A DNA stretch of 64,000 bases from Candidatus Woesearchaeota archaeon (GCA_018676855.1 JABHDY010000003.1:445907-509906), one strand, 5' to 3'; counted from the stretch's first letter, positions 28,601-37,654 are shown. The notes: a model not told the origin generated them from the letters alone. A program made the numbers and translations.

Positions 28601-29213
28601 AATGGATACTGTCTGGAAATATCCACTTGAATTGTTTGAAGCGGCGTTAGAAATGAAAAAGCCGTGGGACGTTGTTGATAGTAACAATAAAAAAATCGAT
28701 CAGTTAAGCAAACATATAGGAACACCTTTACAATACGAAGGGTTTGGGTTTACTCACGATGTTGACAATTTTAATATGGGTGTGTTATGTTCAGCGTATA
28801 AAACCCTTCCTTCAATGGCAGAAAAGTTGGTTGGCCAGATGGAAATTGCAAAAATAGTAAGAGCGGTTGACATGGACGACGTTGCTAAATTGGTGATTCA
28901 AAAACATTTTTTAAAAGATATTAAAGGAAATTTACGAAAGTTTAGTATGCAACAATTTCGATGCGGTAAATGTAATACAAAATATCGAAGACCGCCATTA
29001 AACAGTAAATGTTCAGAATGTGGAAATAAATTAATGTTTACAATTTCTGAAGGTTCAGTTGTTAAGTATCTTGGTCCTTCATTAATGCTAGCAGAAAAGT
29101 ACGATTTTTCTCCCTATCTTAAACAAACGTTAGACATTCTTAAAGATAATGTTGATACTATTTTTGGAAAGGAAAAAGATAAACAGGTAGGATTAGGAAG
29201 TTTTATGGGTTAA
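25614..29213 (+). CDS. polD2: DNA polymerase D large subunit (DP2)
   Basis: 1199 aa. Conserved RRDCDGDE motif and Zn fingers CSPC...CEEC...CRFCG and CGKC...CSECG. No intein. Confidence 0.9.
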   Translation: MASTISPDMQKYFAQINADVKRSYDIARKAKKKGLDIDDDVPIPVAKNMAERVVGLISVIAPQIVGTTIPQRIIELEKKYGTLDWRVALKISEEVAKQKFCEFKDKIEAMEIGIRIGFSYLTLGVVSAPLEGFIGLKIKKRKDGKEYFALQYAGPIRAAGGTGSSVSVILSDYVRMKMGYAPYDPEEVEVNRYAAEVHDYHDRVTNLQYHPSDEELKFLVSHLPVEVDGDPTEKFEVSNYKDLPRIETNRIRGGVALVLAEGLSQKSPKLWKKLSKWGKEFGLEWDWLKDFLELKEKIHANVSSDKDKKEDVNDGKKKVKPNNTFIMDLVAGRPIFTHPLAVGGFRLRYGRGRTCGMYAVGIHPATMVVLNDFIAVGTQLKVERPRKGASATVCDTIEGPTVRLIDGTVLRLDSAEDAKNVKKDIETILFLGDIMFNYGDFAESGHDLVPVGYCPEWWILEVEKAMKNLFNEKHVQKSAEKLGVKESEIQILFDNPLHKIPPWSLAKQISEQFHVPLHPEYTYYWNLISGEDLIVLKEWMMEGKIKVHEEKVIKIIFPYTQKNELYMQGKKILEECGISHKVITKENIILEKKEAEVIAFLFDFKDQKGLEKISLKSETIKNKTALEVLNFVNNVTIRDKAGTFIGARMGRPEKAKMRQMTGSPQMMFPVGEEGDRLRSVQSALKAGKIRSIFPLFYCSPCDKDMIYPRCEECGKECTQKYFCRFCGDVDKETCRHGDTNTFKTQDIDIAYYLDRAKKKLGEKIHPDLIKGVRGTSNKDHLVEHLAKGILRAKHNVYVNKDGTIRYDATELPLTHFKPKEIHTSVEKLRELGYEKDIKGNLIENDTQIIELKPQDVVLSGFNSLEESASIVLTRIANFIDNLLVSFYGLKPFYNITKTQDLVGHLVIGLAPHISAGIVGRIVGFSETQSLIAHPMYHAAMRRDCDGDESCVMMLMDALLNFSRQYLPERRGAKTMDAPLVLTSTINPAEVDDQVLEMDTVWKYPLELFEAALEMKKPWDVVDSNNKKIDQLSKHIGTPLQYEGFGFTHDVDNFNMGVLCSAYKTLPSMAEKLVGQMEIAKIVRAVDMDDVAKLVIQKHFLKDIKGNLRKFSMQQFRCGKCNTKYRRPPLNSKCSECGNKLMFTISEGSVVKYLGPSLMLAEKYDFSPYLKQTLDILKDNVDTIFGKEKDKQVGLGSFMG

Positions 29214-29249
29214 ATAATATACTTAATAAAAAAAATAAAACTCGGGAGT

Positions 29250-29729
29250 TTAAACAAAAGATCTAGACAAGCCAGTTCTCTTTATATTTTTTCTAACATT
29301 AGGTTCTTTCCTTAGTATTTTTTCTAAGATGGATCTTCTTTGATTTTCCATTCTTATCAAATCATTATAATTGTATAGTTTGATATTTTTATCTTCAGCA
29401 TATTCAATTACAGAACGTGTAAAATCCGTATTAGTAATAATCTCACCCTTCTTGGAAGATATTTTTAACAGATATAAATCTTCAAAAAATCGTTCAACAT
29501 ACCGTAATGTAACTATACTATCATTTCTATGATATTTACATTCAACGTAATGTTGGAAAGGCCAAGAACCATACATAACATCAACCTGAATTTTATTACG
29601 TTTAGTTCTTCTTCTAGGAGGAAATCTCTGATTAATCTTCATATTACTACGACCAAGATCAGAATAGAGTTGATATACATAATTTTCAAATCGTCGCCCA
29701 TTCTTATTGTTAGCACTACCAACAGTCAT
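29250..29729 (-). CDS. Mrr_cat-like PD-(D/E)xK restriction-endonuclease-fold protein
   Basis: GRRFENYVYQLYSDLG...VDVMY...YVECKYHRN matches the Mrr_cat pattern G..FE..v..l...G...D.GiD......vQcK. Confidence 0.5.
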   Translation of the reverse strand: MTVGSANNKNGRRFENYVYQLYSDLGRSNMKINQRFPPRRRTKRNKIQVDVMYGSWPFQHYVECKYHRNDSIVTLRYVERFFEDLYLLKISSKKGEIITNTDFTRSVIEYAEDKNIKLYNYNDLIRMENQRRSILEKILRKEPNVRKNIKRTGLSRSFV

Positions 29730-29796
29730 ATCATAATGTATTCAATTAAGAAATAAAAAGGAATGTAGCAATGAAGTATAATATAAAAAATAACAA

Positions 29797-30093
29797 TTAT
29801 CCCATGACAACTTCTGCATGTGGAACTTTTTGTACGTACAAAATGTTTTGTGGGTCTATAAGATTTTGATTAATTCCAAGAGCAACAGCATGTTTTCCTG
29901 TAAGATGAAGATCGCGTGCCTTTTCACATAATGTAATTACGTCTTTTTCATCCATCTCTTCACCTTTATAGAATTCTTTTGTAAGGTCAAGTTGAACTTT
30001 TCCTTCCATAAACTTTTTCCCTAAAATATCTTTATCGGTTATTACTACCAATATTCCGTGTGGGCCACTTTTTTGTGATACTATTAACTTCAT
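29797..30093 (-). CDS. DUF424 family protein (conserved archaeal neighbour of aIF2-beta)
   Basis: MKLIVSQKSGPHGILVVITDKDILGKKFMEGKVQLDL..EFYKGEE...GKHAV...VPHAE resembles DUF424. Start moved to the internal Met to avoid overlap with the aIF2-beta gene. Confidence 0.5.
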   Translation of the reverse strand: MKLIVSQKSGPHGILVVITDKDILGKKFMEGKVQLDLTKEFYKGEEMDEKDVITLCEKARDLHLTGKHAVALGINQNLIDPQNILYVQKVPHAEVVMG

Positions 30094-30515
30094 ATATTCT
30101 TCACCGGCTTTTTTGCACCGCACGCTTGACATTTCAAATATGTAATACCCTTTTCTTCGGTTAAGGACGTATCAGGTTTACTACATTCTGCACAGAACAC
30201 AAATTCACTCACATATTTCTTAATTTTTTTGTTAATCATTCCTGCTGACACTTTTGTTCCAAGAATAACCCTTCCACGAATAATTTTTCCAGGAGTTGCA
30301 AGTTCACGAAGAAGATATTTTAAAAGATGTGTTTCGTCCCTTTCAAGATCCTTTGCAATCTTTTTAAGGTTAACAAGGACAGTTTTGTTTCCTTCTATAT
30401 GTCCTTTGATTTTGTCAACAGTAAAACGTTCTCCACCTTTGACTTGTTCAGGAAGTTCTTCTACAGCTTTTGTCAATAAATCTTCATATGATTTCATTTT
30501 GATGTTACATTTCAA
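30090..30515 (-). CDS. eif2b: Translation initiation factor aIF2 beta subunit
   Basis: Conserved helix-turn region plus C-terminal Zn ribbon CAECSKPDT...CQACG. Confidence 0.8.
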   Translation of the reverse strand: MKCNIKMKSYEDLLTKAVEELPEQVKGGERFTVDKIKGHIEGNKTVLVNLKKIAKDLERDETHLLKYLLRELATPGKIIRGRVILGTKVSAGMINKKIKKYVSEFVFCAECSKPDTSLTEEKGITYLKCQACGAKKPVKNI

Positions 30516-30621
30516 TGAATATTTATAAATGTTTACTGGATAGGTAAATTTCCGTAACTTTTATATACTCAAGAATACTTATTCTGTCAAGAGTAAAACC
30601 AATAAAAGAGGTGCATATACA

Positions 30622-30855
30622 ATGCCTGGATTAGAATTAGCAGAAGTCATTCTTGCGGTTATCATAGGAACCCTTGCAGCAATAGTGTATTCGCTACGAG
30701 TATTAATTCTCTTAGAGAGACGTGTTGCGAGTATGGAAATGAATATTCAAAAGATGGCAGGGAAGATTATCAAAGAAGAAGTTCTTATTGAAAAAGCGCT
30801 TAAGAAACGAAAATCTTCAACAAAAAAGTCTCCTAAAAGGAGAAAAAGACGATAA
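30622..30855 (+). CDS. Small single-TM protein with poly-basic C-terminal tail
   Basis: Strong SD AAGAGGTG 8 nt upstream. TM AEVILAVIIGTLAAIVYSLRVLILL. Tail KKRKSSTKKSPKRRKRR. Confidence 0.45.
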   Translation: MPGLELAEVILAVIIGTLAAIVYSLRVLILLERRVASMEMNIQKMAGKIIKEEVLIEKALKKRKSSTKKSPKRRKRR

Positions 30856-30885
30856 CAACTAAGTAAGAATTGAAATTTTTATTTT

Positions 30886-31596
30886 TTATTTTTTCTTCAC
30901 TATTTTTTTAGCAGGTTTTTTCACAACTTTTTTCTTCACCACTAATTTCTTTTTCACAACTTTTTTAGGTTTTGACGTTTTTGTAGTTTTAACTACCTTT
31001 TTTTTCACAACTTTCTTCTTAACAGCAACTTTTTTCTTAACAACTTTCTTTCGTTCAGTAACAACTTTACGACGCACTTTCCTTTGTTCTATTAACTTTT
31101 TAATTTCTGCCTGTACCAACACAATATTTTTTTGTAACGATTTAATCATGTCTTTCTTTTGATCTTGATGAATAAGTTCACCACATTCAGGACAATGAAA
31201 CTCAAAATCTGCAGATTGATCAAAATTTAGCCGTACACATTTATTAGGGCATATAAAAAACAATTCTCTTTGTTCTTCTTCAAGTCGATGTTGCATTCTT
31301 TCAAGGTGGTCCCTTCTCATTTTGAAATAACTGAACTTAATACTTTCGGGAAGAAGTGTCCAATAATAAATATACCATCCTTTTTGTTTATCTTTTTTTC
31401 GTGTAAACCCAACAAGGTTATGGTTATACAAATTGTATAATAATCGCCGAACAATTTTAATATCTTTTTTCGTTTTATTTGCTAAATCAAACTCAGAAAT
31501 GTTTTCTTTTCCTATTAGATAACGAACAAGTGATCGACCTTCTTCTCCAAGTATCATAACAAGAATTTCTTCAGTTTTTTTTGTAGTTAGGCGCAT
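30886..31596 (-). CDS. tfe: Transcription factor E (TFE alpha / TFIIE-alpha homolog) with lysine-rich KKV-repeat C-terminal tail
   Basis: N-terminal wH (ILVMILGEEGRSLVRYLI...), Zn ribbon CPNKC...CPECG, then 55 aa of KKKVV repeats. Confidence 0.65.
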   Translation of the reverse strand: MRLTTKKTEEILVMILGEEGRSLVRYLIGKENISEFDLANKTKKDIKIVRRLLYNLYNHNLVGFTRKKDKQKGWYIYYWTLLPESIKFSYFKMRRDHLERMQHRLEEEQRELFFICPNKCVRLNFDQSADFEFHCPECGELIHQDQKKDMIKSLQKNIVLVQAEIKKLIEQRKVRRKVVTERKKVVKKKVAVKKKVVKKKVVKTTKTSKPKKVVKKKLVVKKKVVKKPAKKIVKKK

Positions 31597-31625
31597 TTGT
31601 GTTGTATTTATGAATATCCTGTCTT

Positions 31626-32039
31626 TTAAATGTTTCGGTTTTTGTTACTCATTTGAAGTAATTCTTCAGTTGTGAGACCTTTTAGTCGTGCCATTTCTAC
31701 CGATGCGAGCCAATTTTTACCTGTATCTTTAAGATCTTCTAACATAAGAAAATACCATGGATCATTTGGAAATTTAACTCCAACCCACGATTCTGAACCA
31801 AAATTTTGTGAAAATGTATTCAACTGGTCAATTTCTTGATTCGTGAAATACTTTTTTGCATCTTTGGTTACTTTACATTCAATTGCAAGCCGTCTGATAG
31901 CATTCCCTGCCAAGATGTCAGGCGAAGGATATCTTGATGAACCAGACCCAGCTATTCTAATACAGCCCCATCCAGCTTCGTTAAACGCTTTTACTAATTC
32001 TCTTTCACCCTTTGAACCTTTTGCTTTATGATTTTTCAT
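31626..32039 (-). CDS. hjc: Holliday junction resolvase Hjc
   Basis: KGSKGERELVKAFNEAGWGCIRIAGSGS...PDILAG...ECK matches the Hjc PD-(D/E)xK signature. Confidence 0.75.
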   Translation of the reverse strand: MKNHKAKGSKGERELVKAFNEAGWGCIRIAGSGSSRYPSPDILAGNAIRRLAIECKVTKDAKKYFTNQEIDQLNTFSQNFGSESWVGVKFPNDPWYFLMLEDLKDTGKNWLASVEMARLKGLTTEELLQMSNKNRNI

Positions 32040-32050
32040 AGTAGAACTAA

Positions 32051-32950
32051 TTATACTTCCAATTTCATAAAATCTTCTGCAACTATAGCATTATCAAAAT
32101 ATGTACGTGCTTCTGAAACAATTTCGTGCGTGCTTTTATATCGTGGACTTATATGTGTTATCACCAATTTCTTTACATTATTTTCTGACGCTATTAATGC
32201 GGCATCCTTAACCGTTAGGTGCATATATTTACCAACTTTCTTTTTAATGTCACTTAAATGCGTTCCTTCAGAAATTAACATATCGGCATTCTCTGCAAGT
32301 TTATGAGCGCCATTACATACAACAGTATCGGCAATGTAACTTACTTTTTTACCCTCTACTTCGTACGTCACATCTTCCGATTTAATCTTTTTTCCCTGAA
32401 TGACAATATCTTTTCCTTGTTGTAACGTACCAAGAACGGGACCTGACAATCCTAATTTTTTTGCTTTTGCAACATTAATTCTAAACTTACTTTTTTCAAT
32501 AAAGCTGAAGCCGACACAGGGCGTTGAATGTTGTAGCGGTTCAGCAAGTAACACAAATTCATCATTTTCAAAGAATATGCCAGACGATACTTCCTTAACT
32601 TCATATGGAATAATATCTTTTGCAGCAAACGATTTAAGCATATGTTCAATAAACTTTTTACTTCCTTTAGGACCATAAATATACAATTTCTTTGCAAATT
32701 GGTCAGCACCCATACTGCTCATCAATCCTGGAATGCCAAATACATGATCTCCATGCCAATGGCTAATACATAATCGTGTAATCTTAGCCGGTTTAATACC
32801 TGTAAGACGCATCTGCCTTTGAACACCTTCCCCACAATCAAACAAAATATTTTCTTTCTTATATTGAAGAAGAAAACTCGAATGATTACGTTTCTTTGTG
32901 GGTTGCATGCATGACGTTCCTAAAAAAGTAATGTTAATCATTGATGACAC
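32051..32950 (-). CDS. rnz: Ribonuclease Z (tRNA 3' endonuclease, metallo-beta-lactamase)
   Basis: HxHxDH motif CISHWHGDHVFG, about 300 aa, N-terminal ITFLGTS. Confidence 0.75.
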   Translation of the reverse strand: MSSMINITFLGTSCMQPTKKRNHSSFLLQYKKENILFDCGEGVQRQMRLTGIKPAKITRLCISHWHGDHVFGIPGLMSSMGADQFAKKLYIYGPKGSKKFIEHMLKSFAAKDIIPYEVKEVSSGIFFENDEFVLLAEPLQHSTPCVGFSFIEKSKFRINVAKAKKLGLSGPVLGTLQQGKDIVIQGKKIKSEDVTYEVEGKKVSYIADTVVCNGAHKLAENADMLISEGTHLSDIKKKVGKYMHLTVKDAALIASENNVKKLVITHISPRYKSTHEIVSEARTYFDNAIVAEDFMKLEV

Positions 32951-33572
32951 CTTCCAATTGTTGTAATTTTTGTATTTTTAATGGATACTCACGAGAGTTC
33001 TTACGATCAATAAGGACACTTTTAATACCAATTTTTTGTGCAGGTATCATGTCACTTTGAATACTGTCTCCAATAATAACACAATCTTCAACTTCAACAT
33101 TAACTTCTGAAACAACATGTTTAAGAAAATTTGAATCGGTTTTAATCATCCCAACTTTATATGATAAAAATATTGTATCAAAAAAATCGCGCAATTCAAA
33201 TTTGTCCAACACGTTTTCGATAGAAAATGAATCAGTGTTGGAGATAAGAACAAGAGAATATTTTTCTTTCAGTTTTGTAAGTGTATCTTTGACTTCTTGG
33301 TATGGTTGTGCCAACATCCAAGATGAATTCCACATTCCTACAAGGGCTTCAATTCTCTCTTTATTTGGTTCAATAGAAAATTCTTTACACACACTTTCAA
33401 ACGCTTCTTTGAGAGATGAAAATTTTTCTGTCATCATTGCACGTTCCATCCTAACAACATATTCTGGAAACGGTAACCGTATTTGAAGCATGTTCCGTAC
33501 CTGTTTTATGGGACTCCATACGCCGTTCTCTACAAGAGTTCCCCAAAAATCGAATAATATTACTTTTTTCAT
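32934..33572 (-). CDS. HAD-superfamily hydrolase
   Basis: Motif I ILFDFWGTLV (DxxGT variant), motif III K, motif IV IGDS..D. Confidence 0.5.
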   Translation of the reverse strand: MKKVILFDFWGTLVENGVWSPIKQVRNMLQIRLPFPEYVVRMERAMMTEKFSSLKEAFESVCKEFSIEPNKERIEALVGMWNSSWMLAQPYQEVKDTLTKLKEKYSLVLISNTDSFSIENVLDKFELRDFFDTIFLSYKVGMIKTDSNFLKHVVSEVNVEVEDCVIIGDSIQSDMIPAQKIGIKSVLIDRKNSREYPLKIQKLQQLEGVIND

Positions 33573-33672
33573 TACGTTTCCCCTACAAAGACCATTATGC
33601 TTCGTTTATATATATTTTACTGAATGAGAATAATTATAATCTGGTGATGGTTCTTCTCACAAATAAGTATTA

Positions 33673-34041
33673 TTGAGGTATATTACAATGAAATTAGAAC
33701 AACGAAGAGAAGTGGTTGCAAATATTGCACGAAGTTTAGAAAATGCAGGATATCGTACAGCTGATCCAGCAGGGTACAGTACAAAAGCTTTAGATCATTC
33801 AGGTATTGGAATTCTTGGAGTTAAAGAGGGTAGACAATTTTTTCATATAGGGACATTATGGATGAATAATGAAAGTCGTGGAGCAACAAGAGATGAACGG
33901 TGGGTCTTAGAAGTGTTTGGCGACGATTATAGGCCTCATTTAGAAGATATTACTGCTCCATTTAGAACACAGTACGATGTTACTATTGATACAACAATAA
34001 AAGACCAACAACCACGACCTGAAAAAAGGCTTCGTTACTAA
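33673..34041 (+). CDS. Hypothetical protein
   Basis: 122-aa ORF in an otherwise empty intergenic slot; no recognisable motif; slightly higher GC than its neighbours. Confidence 0.35.
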   Translation: MRYITMKLEQRREVVANIARSLENAGYRTADPAGYSTKALDHSGIGILGVKEGRQFFHIGTLWMNNESRGATRDERWVLEVFGDDYRPHLEDITAPFRTQYDVTIDTTIKDQQPRPEKRLRY

Positions 34042-34061
34042 CCATTAAATATATATAATAT

Positions 34062-35153
34062 ATGTACTCTTTCATAGCCATGACGCCAAAAGAAAAGCTC
34101 GAAATAATCAAAGAAGTTGGTGAAGAAATTCTTACTGAAGATGAACTTCTTACACTTCTTACAAAGAAAAAAAAGTTAGTTGCATACGACGGGTTTGAAC
34201 CGTCTGGAAGAATTCATATTGCACAAGGACTTTTACGAGCAATTAACATTAATAAATTAGTACAAGCAGGAATTACGTTCAAAATGCTTGTTGCTGATTG
34301 GCACGGCTGGGCCAACAATAAAATGGGTGGCGATTTAGATAAGATTCAAACTGTGGGTAAATATTTTATTGAAGTGTGGAAAGCGTGCGGTCTTGATACC
34401 AAAAACGTCGAATTTATTTGGGCAAGCGATTTATTGAATAACAGAGAATATTGGAAAACTGTTATGAGTGTTGCTCGCCATAGTACGCTTAACCGTATCC
34501 TTAGAACTACACAAATTATGGGTAGAACAGAAAAAGATACTTTACAAGCATCACACATTTTTTATCCGTGCATGCAAACAGCAGACATTTTTCATCTTAA
34601 AGCCGACATTTGTCAGTTAGGTCTTGATCAACGAAAAGTTAATGTTCTTGCACGAGAATTAGGTCCTAAGTTAGGGTTCTGGAAACCTATTGCTGTGCAT
34701 CATCATATGTTAATGGGATTAACAGAACCAAAAACTGGCGGCGATACTGTTGACAGAGCAATTGCCATGAAAATGTCCAAATCTAATCCTAACTCAGCAA
34801 TATTTATGACAGATTCTGAAGATGATATTAATAAGAAAATGAGAAAAGCGTATTGCCCTGAGAAGCAAGCAGACGATAATCCTATACTTGAATATTGTAA
34901 ATATATAATTTTTGAAAAGTTTGACACATTTACTATTGAGAGGCCAGATAAGTTTGGTGGTAACGTATCATTTTCATCATATGCTGAACTTGAAAAAGCG
35001 TTCGTTGCAGGAGATGTTCATCCAGCAGATCTTAAAAATTCTGCTGCAGAATATATTAATATGATTTTGGTCCCTGTACGAAAACATTTTGAAACGAACA
35101 AAAATGCAAAGAAACTTAAAGATTTGGTTGAAAGTTATCAAGTAACGAGATGA
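34062..35153 (+). CDS. tyrS: Tyrosyl-tRNA synthetase (archaeal type)
   Basis: Class I motifs: HIGH-like PSGRIHIAQG and KMSKS (MKMSKSNP). Confidence 0.85.
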   Translation: MYSFIAMTPKEKLEIIKEVGEEILTEDELLTLLTKKKKLVAYDGFEPSGRIHIAQGLLRAININKLVQAGITFKMLVADWHGWANNKMGGDLDKIQTVGKYFIEVWKACGLDTKNVEFIWASDLLNNREYWKTVMSVARHSTLNRILRTTQIMGRTEKDTLQASHIFYPCMQTADIFHLKADICQLGLDQRKVNVLARELGPKLGFWKPIAVHHHMLMGLTEPKTGGDTVDRAIAMKMSKSNPNSAIFMTDSEDDINKKMRKAYCPEKQADDNPILEYCKYIIFEKFDTFTIERPDKFGGNVSFSSYAELEKAFVAGDVHPADLKNSAAEYINMILVPVRKHFETNKNAKKLKDLVESYQVTR

Positions 35154-35154
35154 T

Positions 35155-36357
35155 TTATTTCCCTTCCAAAACAGTCATTGTATATTTGTTAAAATACTTC
35201 TTTACAACACGCCGAATATCGCTCAAAGAAACGTTCTTAACATTCTTGAGAAACATGTTCATTAAATCTACACTTTGCACATGATCCCAGAATAATAGTT
35301 GATCAGCAACCTTTTGATTATCTTCAATTTCAAGCAAGTAATTACCTTCAATATAATCTTTCGCTTCCTTAAGTTCTTGTGCTGTCGTATTCTTCAATTT
35401 TTGCATTTCCGCAAGAATTATGTTCTTAACGTTAATTATATTTTTTTTATCAATAGTTGCGTAGATAGCAAAATATCCAAAACTGGTATCAATAACGTTC
35501 TGTGTTCCAACGTCGTACGCAAGACCTTTCGTACTTCGAATTTCAATAAACATTTTACCACTTTGTCCACGGCCAAGAATACTATGAATAACATCAAGAA
35601 CATAACTATCTTTATGATTTCGCGGAATTGTTTTAAATCCAAGAATCATGTATGTATTCACAATATTTTTCTTTTCCCTTCGAACAGTATTACGTGTTGC
35701 GCGAGGTTCTATAACCCTTTTCAATACACTTTTCTTTCCCGACTTTATAGAAAACGATTTTTCCATTAATGTTTTCCATTGCGGTACATTTCCTACAATA
35801 GAAACGGCTATATTTTCAGGAACGTAATTTTGTGTAAAGTAATCAATAATTTTTGTTCGTGTAAGATTTTTGATAACATTTCTTTTTCCATACGTGGGAT
35901 TTTTTGCAGGATGTTTCGTAAATATATTCTTTTGGAACAGAACCCATTGGTAATAGTTTGGTTCGTCATGGACCATATCAATTTCCTTAAGAACAATTTT
36001 CTTTTCCTTTGCAATATTTTCTTCAGAAAAAAGTGAATTTTGAAGAATGTCAGATAAAACGTCTACGGCCTTTCCAAAATGTTTCTGTAATACTTTGATA
36101 TAATAACATGTTCTTGAATTTGTTGTATATGCGTTAAACTCTCCACCAATTTTTTCAATTTCGTTTGAGATTAATTGGTTCGTTGGTCGTTTTTTTGTTC
36201 CTTCAAATAATATATGTTCAATAAAATGAGATATACCCTCTTCACCATTCTTTTCGTTATTACTTCCTACTTTAACCATAACTTGGATAACAACACTATT
36301 ACCCGTTTCTTTTTTGTACAATACGGTTAAACCGTTCTTCAACCTCACTTTTTGCAT
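35155..36357 (-). CDS. M16 (pitrilysin/insulinase) family zinc peptidase
   Basis: Inverted zincin motif HFIEHILFEG (HxxEH). Start set at MQKVRLKNGLTV (typical M16 N-terminus) rather than the ORF-track start, which would overlap the divergent M24 gene. Confidence 0.7.
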   Translation of the reverse strand: MQKVRLKNGLTVLYKKETGNSVVIQVMVKVGSNNEKNGEEGISHFIEHILFEGTKKRPTNQLISNEIEKIGGEFNAYTTNSRTCYYIKVLQKHFGKAVDVLSDILQNSLFSEENIAKEKKIVLKEIDMVHDEPNYYQWVLFQKNIFTKHPAKNPTYGKRNVIKNLTRTKIIDYFTQNYVPENIAVSIVGNVPQWKTLMEKSFSIKSGKKSVLKRVIEPRATRNTVRREKKNIVNTYMILGFKTIPRNHKDSYVLDVIHSILGRGQSGKMFIEIRSTKGLAYDVGTQNVIDTSFGYFAIYATIDKKNIINVKNIILAEMQKLKNTTAQELKEAKDYIEGNYLLEIEDNQKVADQLLFWDHVQSVDLMNMFLKNVKNVSLSDIRRVVKKYFNKYTMTVLEGK

Positions 36358-36434
36358 AGAAGAAGTATATTTTTGGGGTTTATAATGGTTATGGAGGAAA
36401 TATTTTAATACTCTTCCATACTTTACGACATACA

Positions 36435-37496
36435 ATGAAATTACACGAGTTTCAAAAGTCTCTACGGAAGAATGGAATACACCTCGCAATTTTTGTTCAT
36501 CCTGATCCAATGATACGGTACTTTACACAGAAAGAGTTTTCAAATGCACTTCTTGTCATAACACCGCGTAATGCAACATTGTTCATGACTGCACTCGATA
36601 AAAAACCACACATATCTGGAATTGATGTTAAAGAATTGTCTAAGGGCTGGGAAAAGACTATCAAAACTAAAAATGTATCAAAAGTAGGTATTCATAAGAA
36701 AGAAATGTCTGTCCAATTTTATGATAAAATCAAAAAAATCTTCACAAAAACACAATTCGTTGACGTTTCTTCTTCCCTATACACGTTACGTCAACAAAAA
36801 ACATCACAAGAAATTGCTGCTATACGAAAAGCATGTTCCATTACTGATACAGTGTTTAACGATGTTGTTACTGAACTTAAAAAAGGTACATTACGTACAG
36901 AGAGAGATGTTGCACTCTTTATGGATACAAGAATGAGAAACAATGGTGTAGAACCAGCATTTCCTACCATTGTTGCTATGGGAAAGAATGCTGCAATTCC
37001 TCACCATACTCCGTCAACGGCGTCTCTTTCAAGAGGATTTTTATTATTGGACTTTGGTGCTCGATATAAAGGATATTGTGCTGACATGTCAAGAACCATG
37101 TTCTTAGGCACTATCACAAATAAAGAAAAGAAGCATTATGATCAACTATTGTGCTGTCAAGAGAAAACAATTTGTCATATAGATACCTGTTCTACATTTC
37201 ATGAACTTGACGCATTTGCAAGGAAAGAATTGGATACTAATGCACAGTATTTTGTTCATTCGCTTGGTCACGGTCTCGGTATGGAAATTCATGAGCACCC
37301 TGTATATTCTGATAAACGAACAAAAATCGAACATAATATGGTTTTTACTGTTGAACCTGGTGTTTACTTTCCTCAACAGTATGGGTTACGAATTGAAGAT
37401 ACTATCCTCTTTAACGGTAAGGCAAAAGTTCTTACAAAATCTTCTAAGAAATTGATATGTATCTCATCTACAAAAATAAGAACCAAAGATTTTTAA
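36435..37496 (+). CDS. M24 family Xaa-Pro aminopeptidase / prolidase
   Basis: M24 creatinase N-domain plus pita-bread fold with metal ligands (HSLGHGLGMEIHE, EPG, IED). Confidence 0.75.
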   Translation: MKLHEFQKSLRKNGIHLAIFVHPDPMIRYFTQKEFSNALLVITPRNATLFMTALDKKPHISGIDVKELSKGWEKTIKTKNVSKVGIHKKEMSVQFYDKIKKIFTKTQFVDVSSSLYTLRQQKTSQEIAAIRKACSITDTVFNDVVTELKKGTLRTERDVALFMDTRMRNNGVEPAFPTIVAMGKNAAIPHHTPSTASLSRGFLLLDFGARYKGYCADMSRTMFLGTITNKEKKHYDQLLCCQEKTICHIDTCSTFHELDAFARKELDTNAQYFVHSLGHGLGMEIHEHPVYSDKRTKIEHNMVFTVEPGVYFPQQYGLRIEDTILFNGKAKVLTKSSKKLICISSTKIRTKDF

Positions 37497-37545
37497 AATA
37501 GGCACATTTTACTACAATTTAGCATAACCTTTATAAATGGAGTAT

Positions 37546-37654
37546 GGAGCTGTAGTGTAGCTTGGAAAAATTCGAACATGTTTCGTTCATTTTGAGCAAT
37601 CTATCACTAGCGGTTTGGGACCGCTGAACCCCAGTTCGAATCTGGGCAGCCCCA
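37546..37654 (+). tRNA. tRNA-Pro(UGG) with an insert of about 37 nt in the D-loop region (putative non-canonical intron)
   Basis: Anticodon arm agcgg/tttggga/ccgct (UGG). T-arm cccag TTCGAAT ctggg. Acceptor 3' cagcccc + A pairs with 5' ggagctg (one A:C mismatch). D-loop agcttgg...ta is split by about 37 extra nt. TATA-like tttataaa just upstream; T-run follows. Confidence 0.5.

Noticed and set aside
36357-36510. Apparent 76-nt 5' overlap of divergent M16 and M24 peptidase genes
   Set aside because: The M16 ORF has an internal Met (MQKVRLKNGL) that matches the family N-terminus, which removes the overlap. The ORF-track start is an upstream extension
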